Below are positions 25,571 to 37,900 of a DNA stretch of 64,000 bases, piece by piece. The stretch covers positions 15,190,001 through 15,254,000 of the forward strand of contig JBHGNT010000006.1 in assembly GCA_043228905.1 (NCBI GenBank). Direction: 5' to 3'. Numbering within the stretch: the first letter of the stretch is position 1; every line of letters begins with the position of its first letter. The position numbers were made by a program, and so were the translations under genes. The DNA is from Azolla caroliniana. Taxonomy: Eukaryota > Plantae > Polypodiophyta. The notes under the pieces were generated by a model. That model worked only from the letters and a program-made list of their open reading frames with translations. It was not told the origin of the DNA and did no database searches.

Positions 25571-25577
25571 AAAATCC
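25512..25577 (-). promoter_or_regulatory. Predicted -1 ribosomal frameshift signal (G GAU UUU + pseudoknot), A2
   Basis: GGATTTT, then TAG; 5-nt spacer; stem 1 CGGACTGTTGC/GTGATAGTCCG; loop GTGGGG pairs with downstream CCCCAC; pol is in the -1 frame. Confidence 0.8.
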
Positions 25578-26972
25578 ATCCTTGTTTGGGACAAGAGCTC
25601 TCTCTTGTTCCTTTCATGATTTGCCGGCACTGTTAGGAATTGGACGGATTTCCCTCCGTTTTGGCTCCGAATTCGTGCAAAAGCCGCACCGCTATCGAGC
25701 ACCTTCGTCTCCATCCGTGATGCTGTGATAAAGGGTTGCCCAAGGATCATGGAGTGTGAGACCTTGTCTTGTACGAAGAAATTTTGGTCGATCTCGACAT
25801 CCCCGATCTTCACCATCACATCCGGACAAGCCGCAAATAGATCTTCCGTTGCTTTAGTGGCCGCCCGGATCTTCCATCCATGATTGGTGTTAATAGGCCA
25901 CTTCCCCTTCCAGTAGAACTCTTTGGACATCAAATTGATCTCCGATCCGTGATCAATCAATGCTAGCACGGGCTCTTTGATGTTGCCGATTCGGACCGGA
26001 GTCTCCGTAGTTGCATGCGCCCAGTGTGGCTTTGTATAGTGGGAATTCGGAATCTCGTCCTCCACTTCGGTGTCATTCATTAAGATAGTATTTGCATTAA
26101 CCCTTGGAGCATTTTCCTCCGTACTTTGTCTTTTTCTCTTCACGAGATCCACAAGAAGATCATGGAACTCTTTTTTTGCTATTCCGAGTAGTTCCCGAAG
26201 CGAAAAATCTACCCGGATGTCAAGAATTCTCTCCTCGAACACCTTTTTCAAGTCCGTTTGTTGTTCGATGTCCGAGGTGAGCTTGAATGCCGAAATCGTT
26301 TTTCCTTTCCCCCTTCCGTCGGAGTTCCAACTCTCCGGTGTCTTCGATGGTCCTGCCGCATCCTCCGTGCGTCGCTGCTTCTCGTCCACATACACCTCAT
26401 GTAATTGACATAGGGCATATACGCTATTCTTATCGACGGGGCACTCCCATCCCGTAGCTTCTCGGATGCCTTCCGCGGTGCTTCGGATCTTGTTAGAATC
26501 TGTTTTCTCGGTGTTTTCTAGCACTTCCGGCCAAAAAGACACCTTTGCTCCCGATGACTCCCCAACACGTATTCCCGCGGTTGTCGTGTAATTGCTCTTC
26601 GCTGCTATTTCCTCCTCTAGGACCTTCTTCATGCCGCCTTTTCGGAAGTTCGGTCGGAGCGGCTTTCGAGAGTCCATCGAATGAATCCGATTTCCCTCGT
26701 AGTAGATAAGATCCTGTCGTAGCGCTTCCTTGTGCTCGTCGCAATCCCACCGATCATGTTCGGTGCTATCGCACCAGATGCACCGACGGTCCATATACTT
26801 CGAACTTGTGGGACGGTCATCCGACTTCTTCACCATCGCGATTTTTAGATTCTCCATCTCCTTCAGCAACTGCTCCACCGTAGTTGCGTCGATTCCCTTC
26901 TTGGTCGTAGCTTCTCGAGCCCGCGGTTGATGGTCTTCCGATCTGGATCTCGGTTTCGGAATCGGTTCCGAA

Positions 26973-27058
26973 TGTTGGAGACAAAGGTCGTCAATGCGGA
27001 AGATCTGATAGCATTCGATTGGGGTTGAGTACCTGCATATGACAGTTTCTAGGATCGT

Positions 27059-27107
<49 letters not shown>

Positions 27108-30100
27108 AAAAACTCTTTATTCCAATATACAAGAATAATACAACCAACCTTACAAAAGGGTTACAAGGTCACTATATATAGTGACCGACTTAGGGCAACT
27201 ACCATTTATGCTAATTACACAAATGGCCCAGACTTGATCTATAGGAAGGGATAGTGTGAATACGTCCATTATACACTTGTATTCGACACTCCCCCGTAAT
27301 GGGCGTATACATGAGTTATCTAAGATTACAGGTATAAACCTAGGTTCTCGGACATATCAGTTTTGTTCGAGTCGGCAGGGTCCGAAGGCAGAAGACCGAA
27401 CTGGTCGGGTCGGAAGAATTGAAGCCGATCGTTAAGGAACTGATGCCGGTTGTCGGAAACCATCCTGCACTGCGTCCGGCTCTAACCGGACTGGTTTGTC
27501 GTTACGCCCATCTGATGCCGAAGGGACCGAAAGCGGTCTGCCGAAAGACACTTGGTCATTCCATCTGCGACATTGTCGGTTGTGGATATTTTCTCTAGAC
27601 CGATTTTCCCTGAAATGACGCAGTCCCGAACGAAGTGATATCGAACGTCGATATGTTTGGAGGCGTTGTGGTGAACCGGATTTTTCGACAAGGCAACAGC
27701 ACCTTGACTGTCGCTGTAGATAACTGGGGCCGAGTTATGGTCGACTTGTCGAAACGTGTGCGCCAGCCGACCGAGCCATAAAGCTTCTTTTGCAGCGTCG
27801 GACGCAGCTACATATTCGGCTTCGGTCGTTGAGGTCGCTGTGCACTCCTGAAGTTTCGACTTCCACGAGATTGCTCCATTGCCGAATTTGAAGCAGTATC
27901 CGGTTGTTGATTTCCGACTGTCTATGCAGCCGGCGAAGTCCGAGTCGGTGTAACCGACTACGCCTGAGGTTGAGTTCGGACCGAAAAGAATGCCGTGGTC
28001 TTTTGTGCCAGCCAGATATTTGAACACATGCTTGACTGCGTTCCAATGCGATCGGCCAGGATTGTGCATAAATCTGCTAACGACTCCTACGGCATGAGAA
28101 ATATCAGGCCGTGTCGCGACCATCAGGTACATAAGGGAGCCGACTGCCGGTGCATACGGTACCGACTTCATATCTTCCCCCTCCGGACCGGATGTCGGGC
28201 AGTCTCGCTGAGAGAGCCGAAGATTCATGGGGAGCGGGGTTGAAGCAGATTTGGCTGATTGCATGTTGAAGCGTTCCAAGACACGTCCGATATAGTCGGT
28301 CTGAGACAAAAAAAGATGTCGTTGATCGCGATGCCGACTAATCTTCATGCCAAGTATGTGTCGTGCCGGACCGAGGTCCTTCATGGCAAACTTCAACCGC
28401 AGTTGCCGAATGAGATCGGCAAGTTCGCCCGCGTGGCGTCCAGAAATTAGCATGTCGTCCACGTAAATGATGAGGAAGATGGGTGATCCATCTTGAGCTG
28501 TGTTGGTAAAAAGACAATGGTCCTCATCGCTTTTTGAGAAGCCGATCGATTGGATGAAGTCGTCGAACTTCTTGTACCATTGTCGCGGTGCCTGTTTGAG
28601 GCCGTATAGACTCTTCCTGAGTCGGCAGACTAGATGTTCTTGGCCAGTTGCCACGAAGCCTTTTGGCTGCTCCATATAAATTTCCTCTTCAAGATCACCA
28701 TGGAGGAATGCTGTTTTGACATCTAGCTGAATCAGCTCTAAGTTGTCGGCTGCCACTACGCCGAGTAGAAAACGAAGGGTTGTCATTTTCACCACTGGTG
28801 AAAAAATCTCGTCGAAGTCGACGCCATATTCTTGTCGGAAGCCCTTCGCAACTAATCTGGCCTTGTACTTTGGGGTGGTCGAATCAGACGTCTCTTTTAG
28901 TCGATAAACCCACTTTCAAGGAAGAGCACGTCGGTTCCTAGGTAATTCGACCAGATCCCAAGTCTTGTTTGCCCGAATGGAGTGCATTTCCGACTCCATC
29001 GCCAGATGCCAGGTGGCGGAATCGACAGATGTCGATGCTTCTTCGTAAGACGTCGGTTCGCCGGCGTCGGTGAAGAAAATTCCAGGAGAATACCTCTCCG
29101 GAGGTTGCGACAGTCTCTCGGATCGTCGAGGTATGATTGGACTGGTCACATCGGGTATCGAGTTCGGATGGTCCGAAAGCGGACTATTCTGCTGTGCCGA
29201 GTCGGAGTTGTCCGAGTCGGTAGTGTAAGGTTCAGCTACCCGTGAAGCTGACCGTGTGTTAAGAGCGGGGCCTTCTTGAAGGGTCGGCACATCGGAAAAT
29301 GTTACCCTTCGGACTTCGATCGGTGTTTCGACTGATGGAGTCATAGCCGACTCGTTGAACACAACGTCCGAACTTCGAACGATTTGTCTGCATTCGGGGT
29401 CCCAGAGTCGGTATCCCATTTCGCCGTCTGATCCATATCCAAGGAAAATGCATTTCCTGGACCGAGGTGCAAGTTTTCGGCGATCATCTTTCGGAATAAG
29501 GGCGTACGCCTCGCATCCGAAGATCCTCAGCTTGTCGTAATTCGGCTTACTGCCGATCCATAGTTCCTGAGGAATTTGAAGTCCTAGAGGTCTGCTTGGC
29601 GACATATTGATTATGTGTACTGCCGTGAGTAGCGCCTCTGCCCAGAAGCCATCCGACAGTCCGGAGTGTTGGAGCATGGAAACTATCCGTTCTTGGATTG
29701 TCCGATTCATGCGTTCGGCAATCCCGTTTTGCTCCGGGCTGTGTGGTGCCGTAAATTCACGTCGGATGCCGCGTTGTCGGCAGAATTTGACGAATTCTTC
29801 TGATTTGAACTCTCCCCCATTGTCTGTCCGAAAGCATTTCAGTTTTCGGTCGGTTTGATTTTCTACCATAGCGAGCCAATCTGAGAAGATCGAGAAGACC
29901 CGATCTTTGGTGCGAATCGGATAAGCCCACACCTTTCGAGTTGAATCGTCAATAAAAGTGACGAAGTAAGAGGCACCGCCGAGAGACTGATGCGGCATTG
30001 GGCCACAGACGTCCGAGTGGACTAAGTCGAGAGGTCTCGTGTCTCTTGGTGCTGATGTCGGGTGTGTTGCGGCTGCTTGTTTGCCATACTGGCAATGTTC

Positions 30101-32524
30101 GCAAAATTGATGGTCCGAGAAGGAGAGTTTAGGGATGTATCCGGCTCTAGATAGATGCGTAATGCCGGCCTTGCTGAGGTGTCCTAATCTTCTTTGCCAT
30201 AGTGATGACACAGGAATATCCACCAAAAACAGGTTACCCTCTCTGAGCGTAACATGTAACGGATACAGTGAGTGTATCTTGGGTCCTCTGGCAAGCAGGA
30301 GGTTCCCCCTGTGGAGTGTCCACCCTCCCGAAGAGAAACCGGCACGAATGCCGTCTTCATCTAGTTGTCCGACTGAGATCAATGGCCTTGAGAGCTCGGG
30401 TACATGTCGGACATTGTGAAGTACAAGTGTAGAGCCACCTGTAAGGTTGAGCTCTACTGTGCCGATTCCAATGATGTCACAGTGTTGCGAGTTGCCGACT
30501 CGAACTGAGTCGGAGTGACGGATCGTATATTGCCGAAATTGGGATCGATGAGGAGTCACGTGAAATGACGCGCCCGAATCTAAGAGCCATGTGCTCGATT
30601 CTTCAGTCGTGAGCAGAACTTCTGATCCGACTGGATTTTCGATTGATAGTATATTCGGGTCGTTTGGTAGCACATCAGCTGAGAAGCTGACGTAATTGAT
30701 CTCCTCATGCCGGCCACTCTTCTTGTCTGATTTCTGAGACTTGTCGTTCTTGTTCTTGAGTGCGCGGCAGTCGGCTTTGATGTGTCCGGGTTTCTTGCAG
30801 TAGTTGCAGATTCGGTTATCCCGTGACTGGCTCCGTCTTCGCTGATTGTTCGGCGGTCGTGAGGAATCTCTTCCTCGTATGTTCGATCGGTCTGTCGAAC
30901 CTTGTACTACATAAGCGTCGTCTGTTGAGTCTTTGGCAAAAGACTTTCTCCGAGCTGCTTCGGTCAGGATTGCGCTCGTGACTTCGGAGTATTTGACAGC
31001 CGTGGTTGACGCGTTGCACACGGTTGTGACGAAAGTTTCCCATGATGAGGGAAGGCTACTCATGAGTATCATTGCTCTGAGTTCATCCTCGATTGCCGTC
31101 CCCTGAGATGAGATTTGGGAGCTTATGCTTTCGTACTCATTAAGGTGTGCTTGAACCGAATCGGATTCTTTCATCCGCAAGTTGTAGAGACGCCGGATCA
31201 GAAACATCTTCGTTGCGGCGACCTTCTTTTCGTAAGTGTCCGACAGTGTTTTCCACAGTTCGAATGCTGTCGTACACGATTGCACCGTAAAATATACCGA
31301 TTCCGATAGGTGCATCCGAATCGTGGCGCGGACGATTCTGTCCAGCTTCTGCCACTCAATTGGTTTGTATCCTTCTGGAGGTTCTTCATTTTCGATGGGA
31401 TCGATTTGCCCCTTGACTATGAGATAGTCCTGCATTTGCTCCTTCCAGAAGTTAAAGTTCGATCCATCGAACTTTCGTAGACTCATTTCTGACGAGCCGG
31501 ATGTTGATGCCATCAAATTCGGTTTCGGTTGACGAAGCTCGGTTCGGAGTTGACTACGAACCTTGTTGGAGTGCAGCCGGTTGGCTCACCCGATATCGTT
31601 CTAGTCGGATTTGAACCCGAGTCGGTTCGGCTTCGGATATATGTATTGTTGAACTTGCTCGAATTGACTCCGGTAACTTGAGGGACAGAACCGACTGGTC
31701 TTCCCGAATGTTGCCGAGTCGGAGTGAGCTCGGTTCGCTTCCGAATATATATGCCAAATGCCGATTATTGAAACCGATTGTCTGGACCGATTCTGCTTCG
31801 GGTGACTGCAGCGACGAGAGAGACGGATCCAACTGATCCTCCCGAATGTCGATCAGCCGGATGAAGCACGAATTGGGGTTGTTGTCTTGAGACCGATCTG
31901 CACCGAGTGGTTACAATGAGCGGCGAGCAGCGTTTGATGACCTCTTCGGATGCCGTTTAACCGAGTGGAGCACGATCGTGTCAATGTTGCACAAGGGGAT
32001 TTCACCTCGAGCGGTTACGATCACAAGGAACAGAGTACAACCTGCTGGCTTACTCCAAGCGAAGATGATCTAACGCGATGAGATGCAAGCCTCTTTTTTT
32101 TTTTCTTCTTCTCTCTTCTTCGAATGGCGCAGGAAACCGAATGCTGTGCAGGCTGAGACGACGGCCGACAGCGGGATGAAGGACCGAATACTGTGCAGGC
32201 TCTGATACCAGATGTTGGAGACAAAGGTCGTCAATGCGGAAGATCTGATAGCATTCGATTGGGGTTGAGTACCTGCATATGACAGTTTCTAGGATCGTGC
32301 ACAGAGACAGAGAGAGAGAGAGAGAGAGACACACACACACACAAAAAACTCTTTATTCCAATATACAAGAATAATACAACCAACCTTACAAAAGGGTTAC
32401 AAGGTCACTATATATAGTGACCGACTTAGGGCAACTACCATTTATGCTAATTACACAAATGGCCCAGACTTGATCTATAGGAAGGGATAGTGTGAATACG
32501 TCCATTATACACTTGTATTCGACA
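26973..32524 (-). mobile_element. Full-length young Ty1/Copia element F (Tnt1-like)
   Basis: LTRs 26973-27288 and 32213-32524, identical by eye except in the microsatellite; TSD CCGAA (26968-26972, 32525-32529); PBS-Met 32199-32210; PPT at 27289. Confidence 0.97.
27482..31516 (-). pseudogene. Copia F gag-pol polyprotein with a single premature TGA (28916-28918)
   Basis: CNYCKKPGHIKADC, LLDSGAS, HSDVCGP, TDNGGEF, YVDD, TDSDFAG, ADGMTK; the 866-aa and 437-aa ORFs are in one frame. Confidence 0.95.
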
Positions 32525-33186
32525 CCGAAACCCTCTTTTCTTCGTTGGCAAGCCATTGCCCCCTCTTTGTGTATCGCGTGACGATATCCCGCACGCTTTC
32601 CCATGTTTCGGTGAGGCCACTCTTGGTATTCGTGTCCTGTAGAAGCACTCCAAGATCCTTCCGGTTCCGGACGTCTACAACTTGTAAGAACATGATAACT
32701 TTGTCCGGTGCGAGGATAGCTTGATCTCTCGCAGACAACCTCCTGAACCGACTTTTGAATGCCGAAAACACATCGAGGACCTTCATACCCTTGTCTGGTG
32801 TTTCCACCCAATCCTCGAATCCTCTCCGCGTTGCCTTGGAGGAGTCCTCAATAGCGAATGTGGTCTTTAGTGCCTCTTCAAACGCTTCCCACGTCGGATT
32901 TTGTTGTCGTAGCCTGTGGATACTTGCTCGAAGCCCGTTGGTAACCACCCGGTTGAAGGATGCCACTTGCAGTCCTTCCGAAATCCCGCACTGTAGCATT
33001 TCCGCCTTGTAGTCTCGAAGATAGCGTGATACGTCCTTTCCGTTGAATTGCCTGATCCGTTGCACGAGCTGCTCTATTGCCGCCGCTATCTCCGATATCA
33101 CATGTTGTTCCTGAAGCATCTGCTCGAACATCATCATCATCATCTTGTTAGCCTCCGGTTGATTTTCCATCTCCTTGCCACCCGTG

Positions 33187-33204
33187 TTCACGTCGGGTTC
33201 ACCA
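33187..33204 (-). promoter_or_regulatory. PBS complementary to tRNA-Trp (also at 40849-40866 and 45149-45166)
   Basis: TGGTGAACCCGACGTGAA is the complement of the plant tRNA-Trp 3' end TTCACGTCGGGTTCACCA; 4 nt from the LTR end in all three copies. Confidence 0.88.
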
Positions 33205-34845
33205 CTTGTGTCGTGCCTTTCGGCCCCGGATCGTTGCATGAATCGGGTGGGAACCATCGAGGTTTTGGACTAGGAGAAAAGAAAATTCTAAGATATTTAA
33301 GAATATGAAATATATGGTAAGAAAGAAAGATATGAAAAACTCGTGAATCCCACGAGTATAGTGTATTAATTGATACTTAGAATGTAAGAGAGAAATAGAT
33401 GGCAAAATCGTGAATCCCACGAATATTTTTTTATTAATCAATCCTTGTAAAATAATCAACAACCCCCCATACATCTTTCTCTCCTCATATAAGGATGGAA
33501 GAGGCTAAGCATAGCTTCATGCTTTTTCTAGAGTGTTCATGCACACTAAATGTGCATGAGTTGCCTTTTTACACTATGCTTTTATTTCCTAAATATAATG
33601 CTCATGCTCGTTAGATGTGCACAAGTCATTTTTCATTGGTGTACATTTTTTTATTATAAATAAAGTATCCACGCATTCTAAAAAAATGCATGATTTACCT
33701 TTTAATAAAGGTAGGCGTAAATAAAGGTCTTATACATATTAAATAAAGGTCTTATACGTAAATATAGACTTGAAATGGACCGCAGGCGGGTAAGTCGGGT
33801 GTAACTCGTTCCGATGTCGGACTACGGAGTGCATCTAACAACTTTCGCAAGTCGTTACGAACCGATGCACGTCTTGGTACAGCCCCGGCCACCAGTACTT
33901 CTCCTTCACCTTCTTGAACGTGGCCCACGTTCCGCGGTGCCCGGCCCAGGGACTCTCGTGAAATGCCGCCAGTAGTTCCTCATGTTCTTCTTTCTTCGCC
34001 ACTACTCGGAGCGGAACGCCGTTTCTCTTCTTTGGGTGCTTCCATATGTACCCGTCCCGAAGGAAGAATCAGTACGCTTTCTTCCGGATCCGGTTGGTCT
34101 CTTCCTTTGTCCACGCCGCGTCCAGTGTCATTGATTTCAGGAGCCCGCCGATCCGGAGCCACTCCCCGTCGTACTTGCTCTCGTCGAATTCGTTAAACGC
34201 CGGAGTGCTCCCCTTTCTGGTTGCCACGTATGTCGCCTCGAAGAAATCTACCACGACTTCCTCGTCCTCCGAAACCATGCCGTCCTCGTTTCTGAACCTC
34301 ACCCTTGAGAGCATGTCGGCCATGGCATTGTCTTTTCTGGAAATGTGTCGTATCTCCGGATTCAAGGACTTGATGTACGCTATCCACCTAAGCATTGCCA
34401 GGTCCGGCGTCGCGCATCCGGAAACCATGCCTAGAATCGGCAAGCAGTCCGTCTCGATTATTACCTCTATCCCGATAAGGTAGTCTTTATTGGCCTTCAC
34501 CGCCGAAACGATACCCCAGAGTTCGCGTTTAACCTGGGCGTATCCTCACTGTTGCTCACTGAGGACCTTCGCGCCGAACCGGATGGGGAACCTCGTGCCA
34601 ACGTCATCCTCTTGGTTGATCACGCATCTAATCCCGGTCGGACTCGTGTCTACGGTTACATAAATCGAAGTGTCTTTGCCGTAGACCGCCTTTCGGAGTG
34701 CCAGTGTCATGGCAAGTGCTTCCTTCATCTTTCGGACTGACTCCGTATGCTCGTCTCCCCACTCAAATTTACGCCCTTTCTTCAGAAACCCATATAGTGG
34801 CTCCGCGATGTGGGCGTAATGCGGGATCCAGATATGGTAGAACGT

Positions 34846-34917
34846 TGTCGCATTGTTACGCGCGTGCGTGGAGAACAAGGCGGGACCACTGGGGTCTTGG
34901 ACCGAGGAATAGGTGGG

Positions 34918-34967
<50 letters not shown>

Positions 34968-37900
34968 GTTACAGCCGATCAGGTCGGCCAGACGGGTGTC
35001 GACGCCTGATCACCCACACACATAGGGGAGCAAGATGGAGATTCTGCAGGAAGCACACGGGCGTTCCACGGAGCAGAATCAGCCTCTCGAGAACTTGCGC
35101 AAAGAAAGCTTATGGAGAACGACAGAGGAGAAGAGCTCGGTCCCAGTCCGACAACACTTTGTCCCCTCTAGCGCGCCTGTCCCCCTTCTCTCCCCGTCTC
35201 CCTCTCTTTTATAGCTCAAGGAGGGAGGCCGCCTTGCCCGTTTACATCACATTAATTCTCTGTCCTTTCGGACAGAGATACTCCTCGATTCTCCCTATAG
35301 AATATTGCTACCTAGGATCTGACCTTTGTGCCTACCTATCTACTGTACCACAAGGGGCGTGCCCACGTGTAAGGGCCGGTTTACACACGCTATATACGAT
35401 TTGCGCCTGGGGACGGTTTTCTTCACGACATCTGCCGCCACCTAACCGCGCATCCACCGGTATGCGCCAAAATTGGGTTCCTGCTTGGAGAAAACTGGTC
35501 CTTGCTTTTATTCCTCATTAACCGGTTCGTCCTCCACCTCGGGTTGCTCGTCGTTGCTGTCCGTGCCTCCTAGCTCCGGCTCACCGTCGTGTCGTTTCTT
35601 GAACGCTTTGATCCTCTTCCCCGCTACCGGTATCGCCATTCTCGTACTGTCGAGCTCCGCGAGATGGTATGTCCCATTGCCGTTGGCGCCTGTTACTACG
35701 TAAGGCCCAAACCACCTCCTCACAAACTTCCGCATGGCCCTGTGCTGGTTGTCGAGGCTGCTGTCGTAGACTAGCACCCGGTCCCCTTCCTCGATCTTCC
35801 TTGGCTTGGGCCGGTGTGTTCGGTCGAACTGGGCTTTGTTCCTTATCCTCGCTACTCGAAGTTTCTCCGCGGCTCGCTCTACGTCCTCCGGCCTCCGCTC
35901 GAGCTGTCGAATCCGCGCCGCCAACAGTTCCTCCCGGCTCATCTCATCCCTCCAGTCCACCGTGGCCCACGAGGAGATCGTTCACTCTGTTGGCATGATC
36001 GGCTTCTATCTGAACATCAGCTCGGTTGGCATGAACCCGGTTACCGAACTGTGCGTAGTCCGGTCCGCCCACAAGGCATAAGGTAGCAGCTGTGGCCAGT
36101 CCCCGACTTGGCCTCCGCACACCCGTACTAGCGCTTTGACAATTGGCCCGTGTCCGCGCTCCACCTTCCTGTTCGCCTCCGGATTGTACGCTGTGGTGAG
36201 CGAAAGTTTGACTCCTAGCCGGTCGAACAGCTCTTCGGCCTCTTCTGTGTCCAACTCACCACGGTCAGCCACGATCTTCCCTACGCACTCGTATCGGCAT
36301 ACTACATCCTCAATCAAAAACCGGCACATGGCTGCAGTCGTCTTGTTCTGCAGGGCTCGGCCTTCAACCTGGTTCGTTAGATCTTCCCGAGCCAGCACCA
36401 GATACCGCATCTGTCCTACCCCCATCGACATCGTCACCAAATCCACCATCCACTTGAAGTGGACGGTCGGAGGGTAGGTCGGGCGAAGCTCGTCCCGATG
36501 TCGGATCATGGAGTGCACCTGGCAGCTTTCGCAAGTCGTCACGAACCGATGCACGTCCCGGTATAGTCCCGGCCACCAGTACTTCCCCTTTAGCTTTCCG
36601 AACGTGGCCCACGTTCCACGGTGTCTAGCCCACAGGCTTTCGTGGTACGCCGCCAGCAAATCCTCCTGTTCCTCCTTCTTCGCCACCACTCGGAGTGGGA
36701 TGCCGTTCCGCTTCTTCGGGTGCTTCCATATGTACCCGTCCCGGAGAAAGAATCGGTATGCTTTCTTCCGGATCCGGTTGGCCTCATCCTTTGTCCATGC
36801 CGCGTCCGGTGTCATTGTTTTCAGGAACCCGCCGATCTGTAGCCACTCCCCGTTGTACTTGCTCTCATTGAAATCGTTAAGCGTTGGAGTGCATTCCCTG
36901 CCGGTTGTTACGTAGGCCGCCTCAAAGAAGTCCACGCCGACTTCCTCATCCTGGGCGTATCCTCGCTGTCGCGCACTGAGGACCTTCGCGCCGAACAGGA
37001 TCGGGAAACGCGTGCCGTCCTCGCCCTCTTGGTTGACGACCCATCCGATCCTGGTCGGACTCGTGTCCACCGTTACGTAAATTGGAGTGCTCTGTCCGTA
37101 GACAACCTTTCGGAGCGCCGGAGCCGCGGCAAGTGCTCCCTTCATCTTCCGGACAGACTCCGTGTGCTCGTCTCCCCACTCGAATTTTCGCCCCTTTTTC
37201 AGCAACCCGTATAACGGCTCCGCGACGTGAGCGTAATGCGGGATCCATATGTGGTAGAACGCGCACGCTCCCAAGAACCTCTGAACCTCCGTGACCGAGC
37301 TACAATCGTTCTTCATTGCGGAGATGGCTTCTATCTTAGCCGGAGACGGTTTCCGGCCGTACGGCCCGCATAGGTGTCAGACGACCATGATCTCTGATTG
37401 CCCGAAGGCCGATTTTCCCCCGGAGAAGGTGAGCCTCGCGCCCTCCAACCTCTGTAGCACCTTCTCGCAGTCATCGATGTGTGTCGCCATGAATTTCCTG
37501 CACCCGTCCGGTCCGATCGTCTTGTCCCTTTCCTCCACCGGGCATCCCTTGATCGGGACGTCATCCAGAAACGACATGGTGATGTCTGGGATACAATCCC
37601 TCAGCACCTTGTTCATTGCGTTCACCATGTGAGCCACCGAGTTCGTCCCTCCTTGCGGTAGGGTACACATCCGTACTAGGCCGAGAGGAGTTCGCATTGT
37701 CGTGATGTCTCTGCTCTCTATGGCTAGCTGGAACTGATTGTACCCCGAGTAGAGATCACCGACCGAGTAAATCGACCTTCCGGTGAAGGCCTCCGCGAAC
37801 TCGTCTATTGTCGGTCCGATTCCTGCGTTTTGAATGGTCACCTTGTTGACCGGCTGCAAGTCTTGTATAAAGCGCAGCATGCCGTACTTCTTCGGCACGG

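Larger units (their letters stand above)
25568..33170 (-). pseudogene. gag: A2 gag-protease ORF, split by the Copia F insertion (33170-32530 + 26972-25568)
   Basis: Frames rejoin after removing the insertion plus one TSD (5557 bp); knuckle CIWCDSTEHDRWDC; protease LIDHGSEIN...ILGQPF. Confidence 0.88.
21991..33760 (-). mobile_element. Gypsy element A2 (3' LTR 21991-22722; 5' LTR 33209-~33760, truncated); contains Copia F
   Basis: Near-identical LTR sequence at 21991 and 33209; PPT 22723-22732; PBS 33187-33204; order gag-PR-(RT deleted)-RH-INT. Confidence 0.93.
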
